Assembly (NCBI GenBank): GCA_900546745.1
Contig: URDT01000002.1
Location: 466 to 64,465 of the forward strand
Source: an uncultured Mycoplasmatota bacterium
Lineage (GTDB): Bacteria > Bacillota_I > Bacilli_A > RF39 > UBA660
DNA length: 64,000 nt
Direction: 5' to 3'
The first letter of the stretch is position 1; each line of letters starts with the position of its first letter. The notes below the pieces were generated by a model, which was not told the origin of the DNA, ran no database searches, and saw nothing but the letters and a program-made list of their open reading frames with translations. The translations under genes and the position numbers were made by a program. Shown one piece after another: positions 8,986-19,977 of the stretch.

Positions 8986-11365
8986 ATTTATTTCTAAGTT
9001 CAGCAGATAATTTCGTTTCTACTTCTTCAATCATTTTATTAAAGATATTTGTTACTTCTTCATCTGTTAAAGTTCTTTCATTATTTTTAAATACTAAAGA
9101 ATATGCTAAAGATTTTTTATTAGAATCAATATTTTCTCCTTCATATAAATCAAAAACATCAACACTTTCTAATAGTCTTCCACCTACTCTTTTTAATATT
9201 TTCATAATTTCTTCTGATTTGATATCCTTATTTACAATAAAAGCAACATCTTTATTCACACTAGGATATTTAGAAATTTCTTTATATTTAATTTCACGAA
9301 CTTTCTTTTTCATAATCTTGTCTACAGAAAGTTCAAAAACATAAATATCTTTATTCGTAATCGTTGGATTAACTTTTCCCATATATCCAATAATTTCATT
9401 ATCTATTTTAATAGAACAACTGATTCCTGGATGGTATTCATTTAGAGTTTCTTCCCCAAAACTATATCGATTATTATATCCTAAATATAATAACAAATTT
9501 TCAATTACACCCTTCATAAGGTAAAAATCTACTTTTATTACATTTCCTTGCCACATGTTTGTTAAGTACTCACCAGAAAGTAATCCTGCAACTTTGCTTT
9601 CTTCTATGTAATCATCTTTCTTATAATAAACTGATCCTGTTTCAAAAATATTAATATTTTTTATATTTCTAGAAGCATTATATTGATATACATTCATTAA
9701 AGATGGAATTAATGATTTTCTCATTTCTTTCTTATCTTCACTCATTGGATCAGCAACAACGATAGAATCTCCCTCTTCCATTACAAATTGATGATTTAAT
9801 TCTTCACTAGTAAGCGAATATGTCATTACTTGTTGAAGTCCCAATGATGTTAAACGGTTTCTAATTTCACGAACCATATTTGCTCTAGGAGATCTTCTAC
9901 CTGTCTTTGTTTGAAGTAATGGTAATGTTCCTTTTATTGTATTATAACCATAAATACGGCCAATTTCTTCAATTAAATCTTCTTTAATATTAACATCTAA
10001 TCTTCTAGTTGGAACATGAACAGTAAATACAGTATCATTTTCGACATAGGCAAATTCTAATTTTCCAAATACATCTTTTACTTCTTCTACAGTTAACTCA
10101 TATCCTAAAACATCATTGATTTTTTCTAAGGAAATTTCTATTTTTTTACTTTCTTTTTCAGACTTATCGTACGTTAAGATATCATCTGTTACTTCCCCAG
10201 AAGCATATTTATTTAACAAATAACAAGCACGATTTAAAGCTTCTTCTGTACGATTTGGATCAATTCCTTTTTCGTAACGGTTACTTGCTTCACTTCTTAA
10301 AATACGTTTAGAAGTATAACGAATATTAATTGGATTAAAAATAGCTGACTCAATAAATATATTTTTTGTGTCATTTTCTACTTCAGTATCTAATCCACCC
10401 ATAACACCAGCTAAAGCAACTGCTTCTTTTTCATTAGCAATTACAATATCGCTATCCATTAAACTACGTTTTATTCCATCTAAAGTTGTAATTTCTTCTT
10501 GGGCATTAGCTTTTCTAACAATAATGTGATTTCCTAGTTTATCAGCATCAAAGAAATGTAAAGGTTGACCATACTCTAACATTACATAATTACTAATATC
10601 CACAACATTATTAATAGGACGAATTCCACTTGCCATTAATCTCGATTTTATAAATTTTGGACTTTCTTTAATGGTTACATTATGAACTAGTTTACCTAAG
10701 TAAATAGAACAATCACTTGTTTTTACATCTAATTGATATTGATCATTAATATTTTCTTTTGTAGCTTCATAAGTCGTATCAGGAAATTTAATTTTTCTAT
10801 TATAAATAGCTCCTACTTCATAAGCCATTCCCATAACACTTAACAAATCAGCACGATTTGCAGTAAGTTCAAAATCAATAATTTCATCATCTAATTCTAA
10901 ATACTTTAGAGGATCTTCTCCTACGATTGCATCATTTTCTAAGATATGAATACCATTTTTATCTTCTTCTGTTAAATATTTAGAATCTAGTCCTAGTTCT
11001 GCTAAAGAACAAATCATTCCTTCTGATTCTGTTCCAGCCAAAGAAGTTTTCTTAATCGTAATTCCTCCTGGTAAGGTAGCTCCTTCTTTCGCTACAATTA
11101 CTAAAATACCAGCTCTAACATTGGGAGCACCACAAACAATTTGCTTAATACTATCACCAATATCTACTTGACAAATATGTAAATGATCAGAATCAGGATG
11201 ATTTACACATTCTAATACTTTTCCAATTACTAACCCTTGAGCATTACATAATTTTGATATACTTTCATATTCATTCCCAGCAAATACCATTTTTTCTGCT
11301 AAATCAGAATACTTGATATCAGAAATATCCACATAATCATTTAAAAATTTTTTACTTAATTTCAT
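8984..11365 (-). CDS. pheT: phenylalanine--tRNA ligase beta subunit
   Basis: 793 aa with the tRNA-binding, B3/4, B5 and FDX-ACB domain order typical of PheT. It overlaps the pheS stop. Confidence 0.93.
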   Translation of the reverse strand: MKLSKKFLNDYVDISDIKYSDLAEKMVFAGNEYESISKLCNAQGLVIGKVLECVNHPDSDHLHICQVDIGDSIKQIVCGAPNVRAGILVIVAKEGATLPGGITIKKTSLAGTESEGMICSLAELGLDSKYLTEEDKNGIHILENDAIVGEDPLKYLELDDEIIDFELTANRADLLSVMGMAYEVGAIYNRKIKFPDTTYEATKENINDQYQLDVKTSDCSIYLGKLVHNVTIKESPKFIKSRLMASGIRPINNVVDISNYVMLEYGQPLHFFDADKLGNHIIVRKANAQEEITTLDGIKRSLMDSDIVIANEKEAVALAGVMGGLDTEVENDTKNIFIESAIFNPINIRYTSKRILRSEASNRYEKGIDPNRTEEALNRACYLLNKYASGEVTDDILTYDKSEKESKKIEISLEKINDVLGYELTVEEVKDVFGKLEFAYVENDTVFTVHVPTRRLDVNIKEDLIEEIGRIYGYNTIKGTLPLLQTKTGRRSPRANMVREIRNRLTSLGLQQVMTYSLTSEELNHQFVMEEGDSIVVADPMSEDKKEMRKSLIPSLMNVYQYNASRNIKNINIFETGSVYYKKDDYIEESKVAGLLSGEYLTNMWQGNVIKVDFYLMKGVIENLLLYLGYNNRYSFGEETLNEYHPGISCSIKIDNEIIGYMGKVNPTITNKDIYVFELSVDKIMKKKVREIKYKEISKYPSVNKDVAFIVNKDIKSEEIMKILKRVGGRLLESVDVFDLYEGENIDSNKKSLAYSLVFKNNERTLTDEEVTNIFNKMIEEVETKLSAELRNK

Positions 11366-12422
11366 TAGAATTACCTCCTACTCGGTTAAAATCATTTAAG
11401 AATCTCATATCATTGGTATAAAAACTTCTAATATCAGTAATACCGTATTTCAACATAGCAATTCTTTCAATACCAATTCCTATAGCAAATCCTGTATAAA
11501 CTTCTGGATCATATCCACAATTTCTAAGAACATTAGGATGTACTTCACCAGAACCTAGTACTTCTATCCAACCAGTATCTTTACAGATTGAGCATCCTTT
11601 TCCACCACATTTAAAGCAAGTGACATCTACTTCAAAAGATGGCTCTGTAAATGGAAAAAAGCTTGGTCTTAAACGAATTTCACGGTCTTCTCCAAATAAT
11701 TTTCGAATGACTTCTTCTAAAGTTCCTTTTAAATTTGCTACACTAATATTTTTATCTACGACTAAGGCTTCTAATTGCATAAATTGATGAGAGTGTGTAG
11801 CATCATCATCATCTCTTCTATATACTTTTCCTGGACAAATAATTCTAATAGGTCCTTTTTCTGTATTCGCATCCATTGTTCTAGCTTGAACACCTGAAGT
11901 TTGAGTTCTAAGTAAGATTTCTTCATCCTCAATATAGAATGTATCTTGTGCATCTCTTGCTGGATGACCTTTTGGTAAGTTTAATTTTTCAAAGTTATAT
12001 AAATCTTGTTCTACTTCAGGTCCTTCTACTACATCATATCCCATAGACATAAAAATATTTTCTATTTCTTCTACAGTACGAATTAATGGATGAATTCCTC
12101 CTACTGTTAATTTTGTGGCAGGAAGAGTAATATCTATTTTTTCTTTTTCTAGTTTTTCTTGTAATTCTTTTTGTTTTAAATATTCTTCTTTTTCATTGAT
12201 TAAATTTGTAATTTCTGTTTTAAAATCATTTAATGCTTTTCCAAGTACTTTTTTATCTTCTATAGATAACTCTTTCATACTTTGAGATAGTTCATTAATT
12301 GGTCCTTTTTTTCCTAAATAAGTAACTTTAATGTTTGTTAATTCTTTTAATTGTTCAATAGTTTCTAATGATTCTGTAATTTCTTTTCTTATATTTTCGA
12401 TTTTTTTCATTTTTTCTTTCAT
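11352..12422 (-). CDS. pheS: phenylalanine--tRNA ligase alpha subunit
   Basis: N-terminal coiled coil plus class II aaRS core ([29 protein letters not shown]). Confidence 0.93.
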   Translation of the reverse strand: MKEKMKKIENIRKEITESLETIEQLKELTNIKVTYLGKKGPINELSQSMKELSIEDKKVLGKALNDFKTEITNLINEKEEYLKQKELQEKLEKEKIDITLPATKLTVGGIHPLIRTVEEIENIFMSMGYDVVEGPEVEQDLYNFEKLNLPKGHPARDAQDTFYIEDEEILLRTQTSGVQARTMDANTEKGPIRIICPGKVYRRDDDDATHSHQFMQLEALVVDKNISVANLKGTLEEVIRKLFGEDREIRLRPSFFPFTEPSFEVDVTCFKCGGKGCSICKDTGWIEVLGSGEVHPNVLRNCGYDPEVYTGFAIGIGIERIAMLKYGITDIRSFYTNDMRFLNDFNRVGGNSNEIK

Positions 12423-12431
12423 AAAGTCCTC

Positions 12432-13145
12432 CTATATTACACTTTTTCTAGTTATGCTATAAAGCATTTTAGAAGAAATATAGCGATATATATAATTCGT
12501 AATTTCTTCTTTTTTCAAACTTTTAAAGACTTGATGTCTTACATTTTTTACTAGTAAAATATCTTTTTTACAGTTTAATTGATGATAAACAAACTCACTT
12601 GATTTATATGAAATAACATTGTCTTCCATTCCATGGATTAATAATACTGGACAAGTAATTTTAGAAATACAAGGTTTTATTTTTTGAGCCATTTTTAAAT
12701 ACTCTATCATAACTGATTTAGGAACTTGAAAAAATTTAGTAAGTGCACCCTCAAAACCAGTTCCTAGATTTTGATCTACTTTTCTTTGTATCAATCGATA
12801 AAAATCTTTTTTATTTTGTTCAAAGTTTCCAAAAACAAATGCTGAAGATAGTAATACTAAACTTTCTATTTGTGGATATTTAGAAGCTAAGTAAACAGCT
12901 ATAATAGTTCCCATACTATGAGCAACAATTTGTACTTTTTTATGTTTCTTTAAGATTTGTTTTAGTTCTTCTTCTGCCTTATTTAACCAGTCTTCATATT
13001 TCACTTTCGTCATTTTATTATTTTCATGACCGGGTAATGTAAAAGTAAACAGTTGAATGTTAGAATATTGACTCATTTTATTGATAAAGTACTCATTATC
13101 TTCTTTTTGAGCAGATAATCCATGAATAAATAACACTGCTTTCAT
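12432..13145 (-). CDS. alpha/beta hydrolase (esterase/lysophospholipase-like)
   Basis: HGLSA oxyanion motif, AHSMG nucleophile elbow, and late Asp (HGMEDNV) and His (VRHQV). It lies 9 nt upstream of pheS. Confidence 0.75.
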   Translation of the reverse strand: MKAVLFIHGLSAQKEDNEYFINKMSQYSNIQLFTFTLPGHENNKMTKVKYEDWLNKAEEELKQILKKHKKVQIVAHSMGTIIAVYLASKYPQIESLVLLSSAFVFGNFEQNKKDFYRLIQRKVDQNLGTGFEGALTKFFQVPKSVMIEYLKMAQKIKPCISKITCPVLLIHGMEDNVISYKSSEFVYHQLNCKKDILLVKNVRHQVFKSLKKEEITNYIYRYISSKMLYSITRKSVI

Positions 13146-13158
13146 AAAAACCTCCCAT

Positions 13159-13370
13159 AAAAAAAACTCATCCTATGTTAAGGACGAGCTTTGCCGTGGT
13201 ACCACCTTATTTGATTATCAATCACTTATTCACTATAACGCGTTACCGGATATGATTAATATCACTCAAAAGGTGAATTCATAAGCTGTTATTCTTAGTT
13301 TACACCAACCACTAAGTCTCTATTAATAACATTTCTTATTACTACTCCTTCGTCTTTGTTTTAAAAACTA
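13159..13370 (-). promoter_or_regulatory. T-box riboswitch leader, Phe specifier (UUC)
   Basis: Minus strand shows the stem I AGACGA..AGUA K-turn region, a GAA-UUC-A specifier, the conserved T-box GGUGGUACCACGG (plus 13194-13206), and a terminator CTCGTCCTT/AGGATGAG followed by T8 (13159-13188). Confidence 0.85.
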
Positions 13371-13375
13371 TATGT

Positions 13376-13405
13376 AGTATATCACAATATTATTATTTTT
13401 TTCAA
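13376..13405 (-). promoter_or_regulatory. promoter of the T-box/pheST operon
   Basis: Minus strand TTGAAA, 18-nt spacer, TGaTATACT (extended -10). Confidence 0.55.
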
Positions 13406-13407
13406 GA

Positions 13408-13791
13408 TTATTTTATCATCATCCAAAGAATTGCTGTAGAAAGTCCTCCCATAAAACCAGTTACTAAAGCCATTACTAGAGCATCTACATAGCCAGCTCT
13501 TTTTTGATTTTTCAAAACTAATACTTTTTTAGATGTCAATGAGTCTATATTTGTCACAGTTGGTTGTTCTGGTTTATATTCTCTTCCCTGTTGAATCGCA
13601 TTCATTTCTCTTTTACTACTAGATTGTAATAATTGTGTAATTTTATTACGTAGATTGGGATTTTCTTTTAAAGCTTGATTTACTTTTGAAATCAATTTTA
13701 CTTGTGATTCATCTAAACGGTAGTCATTTCCCATTTCTTCTTCACGAATTGTTAATACATAACGTTCTAATTCTTGATTTGTTATTTTCAT
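13408..13791 (-). CDS. hypothetical C-terminally membrane-anchored protein
   Basis: 127-aa ORF with one C-terminal TM helix (GYVDALVMALVTGFMGGLSTAILWMMI). No family recognised. Confidence 0.5.
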   Translation of the reverse strand: MKITNQELERYVLTIREEEMGNDYRLDESQVKLISKVNQALKENPNLRNKITQLLQSSSKREMNAIQQGREYKPEQPTVTNIDSLTSKKVLVLKNQKRAGYVDALVMALVTGFMGGLSTAILWMMIK

Positions 13792-13868
13792 AGTATCACC
13801 TATTTTTGATTATAGCATTATTCAAATGAAAAAAAAAGATTTACTGATATAAAATCTTTTTTTTGACA

Positions 13869-15191
13869 TTATTGTTCACCTTTATTTTTAAATTGAAGAA
13901 CAATTGGTGTTCCTTCTAAAGGAAATGCTTCTCTAATTTTATTTTCTAAGTATCTCTCATAAGAAAAATGAATTAGTCCTTTACTATTGACTTGAATATT
14001 AAATGTTGGTGGACATATATTAGCTTGGTTAGAAAAGTAAATTTTTAAACGTTTTCCTTTATAAGATGGAGGTAAATTCAATTGATAAGCTTCCATAATT
14101 ACATCATTTAACAAACTTGTTTTAATTTCTCTATGACTATTTTCATAAACTTTTAAAATTTCTGGAAGTAAAGTATGAATTCTTTTTTTAGTAAGGGCTG
14201 ATAGGAAAACAACAGGGGCATAGGAAATAAATGAAAATTCAGTTTCAATCAACAATTTCCACTTTTTCATTTCTGCATCTTTATTTTCAACAGTATCCCA
14301 TTTGTTCACAGCAATGACAACGGCTTTTCCTGCTTCTATAGCATACCCAGCAATATGTTTATCATGTTCAATAATTCCTTCTTCAGCATTAATTACAATC
14401 ACACAAACATCAGAACGATCAATAGCTTTCATAGATCTAAGTAGACTATATTTTTCTACTTTTTCATAAACTTTTCCTTTTTTTCGCATCCCAGCTGTAT
14501 CAATTACTACCATATCTTGGCCATGGTAAGTGAATGGAGTATCAACAGAATCTCTAGTTGTTCCAGCAATATTAGAAACAATTGCTCTATCTTCATTTAA
14601 AATAGCATTTACTAAGCTGCTTTTTCCCACATTTGGTCTTCCAATAATTGAAAATTTAATAACATTTTCTTCATATTCTTCTTCGTATTCTTTAAAGTCG
14701 GATGTAGCTAAATCTAATAAATCGCTAATTCCAATATTTTGTTCTCCACTAACAAAGACATAATGTTCAAATCCTAATTCATAAAAATCATATAAATGTT
14801 GTTTTGATTCTTTTGAATCCATTTTATTAATTGCTACAATTACTTTTTTGGTAGAACGCATTAAAATATTTCTAACTTCATAATCATTAGCAGTTAGTCC
14901 TTCTTTACCATCTACTACAAAAATAACAGTATCTGCTTCATCAATCGCTAATTGAGCTTGTATTTTAATTTCTGTATTAAAAGAGGCATTTTCTAAGTCA
15001 ATTCCTCCTGTATCAATTAAATAAAAATGATGATTTTGGTATGTAGCATTTCCATAAATTCTATCACGTGTTACTCCGGGAGTATCTTCAATGATAGAAA
15101 TCCTTTTTCCAATCATTCGATTAAAAATAGTGGATTTTCCAACATTCGGCCTTCCTACTAATGCAATCGTTTGTTTCTTCACTAGAATCAC
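13869..15191 (-). CDS. der: ribosome biogenesis GTPase Der (EngA)
   Basis: Two tandem GTPase domains (GRPNVGKST and GRPNVGKSS P-loops, two DTAG/DTGG motifs) plus a KH-like C-terminus. Confidence 0.93.
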   Translation of the reverse strand: MILVKKQTIALVGRPNVGKSTIFNRMIGKRISIIEDTPGVTRDRIYGNATYQNHHFYLIDTGGIDLENASFNTEIKIQAQLAIDEADTVIFVVDGKEGLTANDYEVRNILMRSTKKVIVAINKMDSKESKQHLYDFYELGFEHYVFVSGEQNIGISDLLDLATSDFKEYEEEYEENVIKFSIIGRPNVGKSSLVNAILNEDRAIVSNIAGTTRDSVDTPFTYHGQDMVVIDTAGMRKKGKVYEKVEKYSLLRSMKAIDRSDVCVIVINAEEGIIEHDKHIAGYAIEAGKAVVIAVNKWDTVENKDAEMKKWKLLIETEFSFISYAPVVFLSALTKKRIHTLLPEILKVYENSHREIKTSLLNDVIMEAYQLNLPPSYKGKRLKIYFSNQANICPPTFNIQVNSKGLIHFSYERYLENKIREAFPLEGTPIVLQFKNKGEQ

Positions 15192-15221
15192 CTCTTCAGT
15201 TAGTAGTATTATATCATAAAT

Positions 15222-15710
15222 TTAGGTAGAATAAAGTATTTTTTTACCAGAGCAAAGGATATTATCTGTTTTATAACATATCTCTCCCATTTCATTTAAT
15301 ATGGAGTGTTCTATTGTGTTAATTTCTTTTTTTGGTTCTATATAAATTTTATTATGATAATAATATATAGTTTGATAAGGAATATTCTTTGCCATAAATA
15401 TATCTGGAATTTCATATAAAAAAGTTGCATCATGGGAAATTATTCTCATATCAATTTCATTATCATAGTAATCGATATATTCTAAATCTTCTTTTTTCAA
15501 TTCAATTACAACACCACAATATTGGTCTAAATAAATATCAATATTATATAGTCCTGTAAAAGTGATATGAAAGATTTTTTTTAATTTTAAAAATAGATTT
15601 CTAAAATAAGTTTCTAATTCATCCATATTTTTAAAATCAATTTTTGGAATATCATTAAGAAAAACTTTTATAATTTGTCCTTCTTGTATTATTTTCATAA
15701 AAAAACTCAC
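15222..15710 (-). CDS. hypothetical protein
   Basis: 162-aa ORF between der and engB, same strand. No family recognised. Confidence 0.45.
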   Translation of the reverse strand: MSFFMKIIQEGQIIKVFLNDIPKIDFKNMDELETYFRNLFLKLKKIFHITFTGLYNIDIYLDQYCGVVIELKKEDLEYIDYYDNEIDMRIISHDATFLYEIPDIFMAKNIPYQTIYYYHNKIYIEPKKEINTIEHSILNEMGEICYKTDNILCSGKKILYST

Positions 15711-15744
15711 CTAATCTATTGTATGTGAGTTTTGTCTATTTGTT

Positions 15745-16326
15745 TTATACAATTCTTTCTATTTTTTCGTATACTTCTGATTTTCCAGCCTTTGTAATAT
15801 TTGAAAATACTACAAAATCATCTCCAACAACTAAATCAAGATCATTCATTAATAAATTTCTTTGAGCTTGATGTTTTGTAATTCCTATTTTATCTGATTT
15901 TGTAGCAACAATTGTAACAGGAATTTTATAATATTTTAAGAAATTATACATCATAATATCATCGCTAGATGGTTTATGTCTAAAATCTACTAACATAAAG
16001 ACTTGTTTTAAGTTTTCTCGATTTGTTAGATAATCTTCCATCATAAGTCCAAATTTTTTCTTTTTTGCTTTTCCTAGTTTAGCAAATCCATAACCTGGAG
16101 CATCTACCAAGTAAAATTGATCATTCACTAGGTAAAAATTGATAGTTTGTGTTTTCCCTGGACTAGATGAAGTTCTAGCATAATTTTTACGATTAATTAG
16201 TGTATTGATAAAGCTACTTTTCCCTACATTTGATCTTCCTACTAATAAAAATTCTGGTTTATTATCTGTAGGATATTGGCTTCTTCTAACTGCACTAATA
16301 ACTAAATCTACTTTATTTATTTTCAT
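15745..16326 (-). CDS. engB: ribosome biogenesis GTP-binding protein EngB/YsxC
   Basis: GRSNVGKSS P-loop, DAPGYG, ATKSDK motifs; size about 193 aa. Confidence 0.9.
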   Translation of the reverse strand: MKINKVDLVISAVRRSQYPTDNKPEFLLVGRSNVGKSSFINTLINRKNYARTSSSPGKTQTINFYLVNDQFYLVDAPGYGFAKLGKAKKKKFGLMMEDYLTNRENLKQVFMLVDFRHKPSSDDIMMYNFLKYYKIPVTIVATKSDKIGITKHQAQRNLLMNDLDLVVGDDFVVFSNITKAGKSEVYEKIERIV

Positions 16327-16352
16327 ATCATCACCTTTTAATTATAAACCCC

Positions 16353-16973
16353 TTAAAATTTTTTATCACCATCACCATGTTTTACTCCAGAATCACTAGT
16401 ATGGGTTGTACTTTTACCGGAATCTTTATTTGTATCTTTATTATCATAAAATTTTTTACTTCCTCCACCGTTTTCTACTCCAGAATCACTAGTATGGGTT
16501 GTACTTTGACCAGAATCTTTATTTGTTTCTTTATTATCATTATTACTAGTACTTCTTTCAGGGCAGGCCTTTGTTTGACAATTTCCACTAACAAAACATG
16601 ATACACAATTTAAAGAAGAAGAGGCGTCATTCCCAACAATATTGAATGCTGTTTTGACAATAGCAACCACTAAAAATATACTAACTCCTGTAATTAAACT
16701 ACGGACGAAAGCACTATTTGCTTCTTTAGCAGTTTTATCATCACCACTAGTAACTACTTTGAAATATCGTATCATAGCCGTTATGATAATAATAATTGGT
16801 ACTGATATTTGCGCTAATGTAATCAATTTTGAAATAAACAATGGTATTTTAACAGGAATTGGCAAGGCATCAGAGCCACATACAGCACAATTATTAGCTG
16901 CTAAAATAGGACTCATTCCTATAAATAATAATACTAAGCTAAATAATATATATTTAAATTTTTTCATAATCAT
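16353..16973 (-). CDS. secreted/membrane Cys-rich protein with two internal TM helices and a duplicated 31-aa C-terminal repeat
   Basis: Signal peptide (..SPILA|ANN), CxxC motifs, two TM helices (a VirB2/TrbC-like topology, family not verified), and a tandem NK(E/D)TNKDSG.STTHTSDSGV repeat. Confidence 0.55.
   Translation of the reverse strand: MIMKKFKYILFSLVLLFIGMSPILAANNCAVCGSDALPIPVKIPLFISKLITLAQISVPIIIIITAMIRYFKVVTSGDDKTAKEANSAFVRSLITGVSIFLVVAIVKTAFNIVGNDASSSLNCVSCFVSGNCQTKACPERSTSNNDNKETNKDSGQSTTHTSDSGVENGGGSKKFYDNKDTNKDSGKSTTHTSDSGVKHGDGDKKF
16383..16540 (-). repeat. 93-nt-period tandem duplication (2 copies, 65-nt near-identical cores)
   Basis: TACTCCAGAATCACTAGTATGGGTTGTACTTT... occurs at 16383 and 16476 with 3 mismatches in 65 nt by eye. 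Confidence 0.85.
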
Positions 16974-17026
16974 ACCCCACTTATACTATCATTATATACA
17001 ATTCGTTTCTTTTTTTCAAGAACATA

Positions 17027-17869
17027 TTAAAGGAAGATTCCTAAGAAATCAAGGAACATTCCAATTACAACCCCTGAAGAGTATAAAATTGTTAGTATTT
17101 TTAAATTTTCCTTTAAATTTTTATTTGTCTTAAATAATACTAATAAAGCAATTCCACTTCCTGTTAAAAGACCAGCCATCATAGCACCAAAAGTAATTGT
17201 ATGGTTTAAATATAATTCTGTAACTACTACACTAGCCCCACAATTAGGAATTAATCCTATCAATCCTGTTAAAAAGGAACTAAAAGGATTATTATTTAAG
17301 AATAATTTCTTAATTGTATTTTCTCCTAAATAAGAAAATCCTACATTTAAAAAGAAAGTTGTGATTACAATAAAACATAATATGTGAAGAGTATGTTTCA
17401 TAGAAGACTTTAAAATTCCATGTTCACAATGACAGTGTTCATTATGACAAAATTCTTCAATTTCTGTCTCGTTATCCTTAGGTTTTATAATAGTATCAAT
17501 TAAAATTCCTATTATAATTCCAGCAAGCACTTTAATTATAAGAATTTGAATGATTAAACCAATGGATATCTGTTCCGAAATTAAAATGGGCAACATTTCA
17601 TCGGATGTGGATAAATAAACTGCTATTAATGTTCCTAAGGTAACCATCTTTGTAGCATATAAGTTTGTTGCTGCTACTGAAAAGCCACATTGTGGAAAAA
17701 TACCAAGAAAAGAGCCAATAATTGGCCCTAATTTTCCTGACTTTTCTACAATCTTTTTAGTATGATTGCTTGTTTTATGTTCCATGTATTCCAATAGTAC
17801 AAAAGTAATAAAAAGAAATGGAAGTAATTTTAGAGCATCTATTATAGTATCTATTATAATTTCCTTCAT
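17027..17869 (-). CDS. putative metal permease (ArsP_2 / putative manganese transporter-like 10-TM family)
   Basis: Polytopic membrane protein with a PQCGFS motif, STSDE motif and a His/Cys-rich loop (HNEHCHCEHG). Family assignment is from memory of these motifs. Confidence 0.5.
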   Translation of the reverse strand: MKEIIIDTIIDALKLLPFLFITFVLLEYMEHKTSNHTKKIVEKSGKLGPIIGSFLGIFPQCGFSVAATNLYATKMVTLGTLIAVYLSTSDEMLPILISEQISIGLIIQILIIKVLAGIIIGILIDTIIKPKDNETEIEEFCHNEHCHCEHGILKSSMKHTLHILCFIVITTFFLNVGFSYLGENTIKKLFLNNNPFSSFLTGLIGLIPNCGASVVVTELYLNHTITFGAMMAGLLTGSGIALLVLFKTNKNLKENLKILTILYSSGVVIGMFLDFLGIFL

Positions 17870-17880
17870 ATATCCTCCTG

Positions 17881-18816
17881 CTATTTTTTGTGATTTAATT
17901 TATATTGCTTTACTATACTTTGATATTGTTGTTGATTTTCTTTTGTGTAACCCATTAATACATCTGTTTTTAATTCTTGTAATCCTGTTTCATTTTTCAT
18001 TGGAAGAACAATATTATCTCCATTTTCAAAGCATAAAACAATTGATTTATTTACTGTAATACCATATTTCTTAGTATTTTTTTGATAAATCCATTTAACA
18101 GAATCGACTTTATAAACTTTGAAATCAAAGAATTGATTTATCAATATATAATGATCTGTAATTGTCATTTGCTTTGATTGATAATGTAGTGTAGAATTTA
18201 ACTCTTGATTAATTTCATCTATTTTATCAGAAAACTGATTTTTAAATTTTATTAATTGAACTGCTTTTTTGATACCAAATATTGTAAAAATGAATATAAG
18301 CGCTAATATAAAAATCATTGCATATGCTTCTCCGTTAATATCATAATTACTAAATTGAATTGGTAAAAATTGTGCCTCAATATTTTGTTGATTATAATAG
18401 GCTTTAATTTGTAAAAGAGCATCTGCGTGAGTATCTTCAAATTGGATTAATTTTCCTTCCATATATTTTTGTTTTCCGTCTAATACTTTTTCAGCTGTTT
18501 CTTTATCTACTAATGAAATCAAACTTTTTCCATCTAAATCAATATCTAAATAATAAGCTACTGTATTATCATGTTTTTGATAAACATAAGTGGTTGAATA
18601 AACTTTCGTTAAATTAATTTTTACATAACTATTTTGTTTTTGACATTGATATAAATCACTTGTATTACTAATAGAGCATTTTGTTGTAAACATTCCTGTA
18701 ATTGTTTTATCTTCATTAGAAATAAAAAATATAATGATTCCAAAGAAACATAACAAAATAGAGAATATAATTAAACGAATTCCTTTCTTTTTTTGTATTT
18801 GTCGTAAATCTTTCAT
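17881..18816 (-). CDS. hypothetical membrane protein (2 TM helices)
   Basis: 311-aa ORF with an N-terminal TM helix and a mid-protein TM helix. No family recognised. Confidence 0.45.
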   Translation of the reverse strand: MKDLRQIQKKKGIRLIIFSILLCFFGIIIFFISNEDKTITGMFTTKCSISNTSDLYQCQKQNSYVKINLTKVYSTTYVYQKHDNTVAYYLDIDLDGKSLISLVDKETAEKVLDGKQKYMEGKLIQFEDTHADALLQIKAYYNQQNIEAQFLPIQFSNYDINGEAYAMIFILALIFIFTIFGIKKAVQLIKFKNQFSDKIDEINQELNSTLHYQSKQMTITDHYILINQFFDFKVYKVDSVKWIYQKNTKKYGITVNKSIVLCFENGDNIVLPMKNETGLQELKTDVLMGYTKENQQQYQSIVKQYKLNHKK

Positions 18817-18867
18817 TCAAACTCCCCCTAATTAAATATATTATAACACGAAAAACTAGTATTCCTA

Positions 18868-19965
18868 CTAGTTTTTTTTCTGAATCAAATTTTCTAAGAT
18901 GATCTGGTTATTTTGAATTCTTTCATTATTTGGATTTATTTTTAAAGCCATTTTATTATATTCTAGACTTTTTTGATAATCTCCTAATTCATAATACGAA
19001 ATAGCCATCATATCATAAATGGTTTCATCATAACTAAAAGGCTCATTCATATAACTTTTAGGATGTTCTTTGATTTCTAATGCCTTACTACCATATTCAA
19101 TTACTTTTTGATAATTTTTTAATTGATATTCTAATAATACTCGCTCAGCGTAAGGTTCTCTTAAATAAGGAGCCTCTATAATTGCTTTATCTAACCACAT
19201 TTTTGCTTCTTCATATCTCTTTAAATTTTTATAAGATCGAGCGATAAAACGCATGGATGCACATCTTTCATCTTTCCAAGTAGCTGAATTCAATTGTAAG
19301 TGCTTTATTAAGGTATCAATGCAATCATTCCATCTACCATAATACATATATTCTCTTCCTAAATAGTGCATATTACGATCATCTTCGGGATCTTCTTTTA
19401 CAGAAAGTTCTAATAATGGTAAATAACTACTTCTGGATTTACTTCTATCTGGGTAATGATTTAATACAATTTTATCGGTCACTTTCAACTCTTCTTTCGT
19501 CGGTCCTAAATAAGTGAGAACTTCATGAACAGGATGTGTCCATTGATAGTTTTTTCGACTATGAATTTTATCACTGTAAAAACTAATAATAGGTTGATTT
19601 TGTTCATCTAAACTCCAATTATATTGATAATAAAGACGATTTATATTGGAATCCCAAATGGTTTCTAGTTTTTGGCGCCAACCTTTTTCCAATACTTCAT
19701 CCAAATCTGTACAAACACAAATATCAAAATCGTCGGGTACTAATTTTAAAGATTCATTTCTAGCCATGTCAAAACGCCAAGGTTTTATTTTCTTTTTCTT
19801 TACATGAACTCCTAATTTTTTTAATTTTTTTACTGTTTTATCTGTTGAACCAGTATCTAAAACATATATTGCATCTGCTTCTTTCATAGAATGAAACCAT
19901 CTATCTACAAATTTTTCTTCATTTTTACAAATTGTATATACACATATTTTATATTTATTTTCCAT
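18868..19965 (-). CDS. family 2 glycosyltransferase fused to TPR repeats
   Basis: N-terminal CVYTICKNEEKFV...YVLDTGSTDKT GT-A signature; C-terminal TPR-like repeats (YEEAKMWLDKAI, YQKSLEYNKMALKINP). Confidence 0.7.
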   Translation of the reverse strand: MENKYKICVYTICKNEEKFVDRWFHSMKEADAIYVLDTGSTDKTVKKLKKLGVHVKKKKIKPWRFDMARNESLKLVPDDFDICVCTDLDEVLEKGWRQKLETIWDSNINRLYYQYNWSLDEQNQPIISFYSDKIHSRKNYQWTHPVHEVLTYLGPTKEELKVTDKIVLNHYPDRSKSRSSYLPLLELSVKEDPEDDRNMHYLGREYMYYGRWNDCIDTLIKHLQLNSATWKDERCASMRFIARSYKNLKRYEEAKMWLDKAIIEAPYLREPYAERVLLEYQLKNYQKVIEYGSKALEIKEHPKSYMNEPFSYDETIYDMMAISYYELGDYQKSLEYNKMALKINPNNERIQNNQIILENLIQKKN

Positions 19966-19977
19966 AAATTTCTCCTA

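Noticed and set aside
8913-9344. 143-aa plus-strand ORF
   Set aside because: It is antisense to the 3' end of pheT and starts inside the rpsD terminator region.
16377-17133. Plus-strand ORFs 16377-16601 and 16642-17133
   Set aside because: They are antisense to the Cys-rich membrane protein and metal permease genes, and no motif was recognised.
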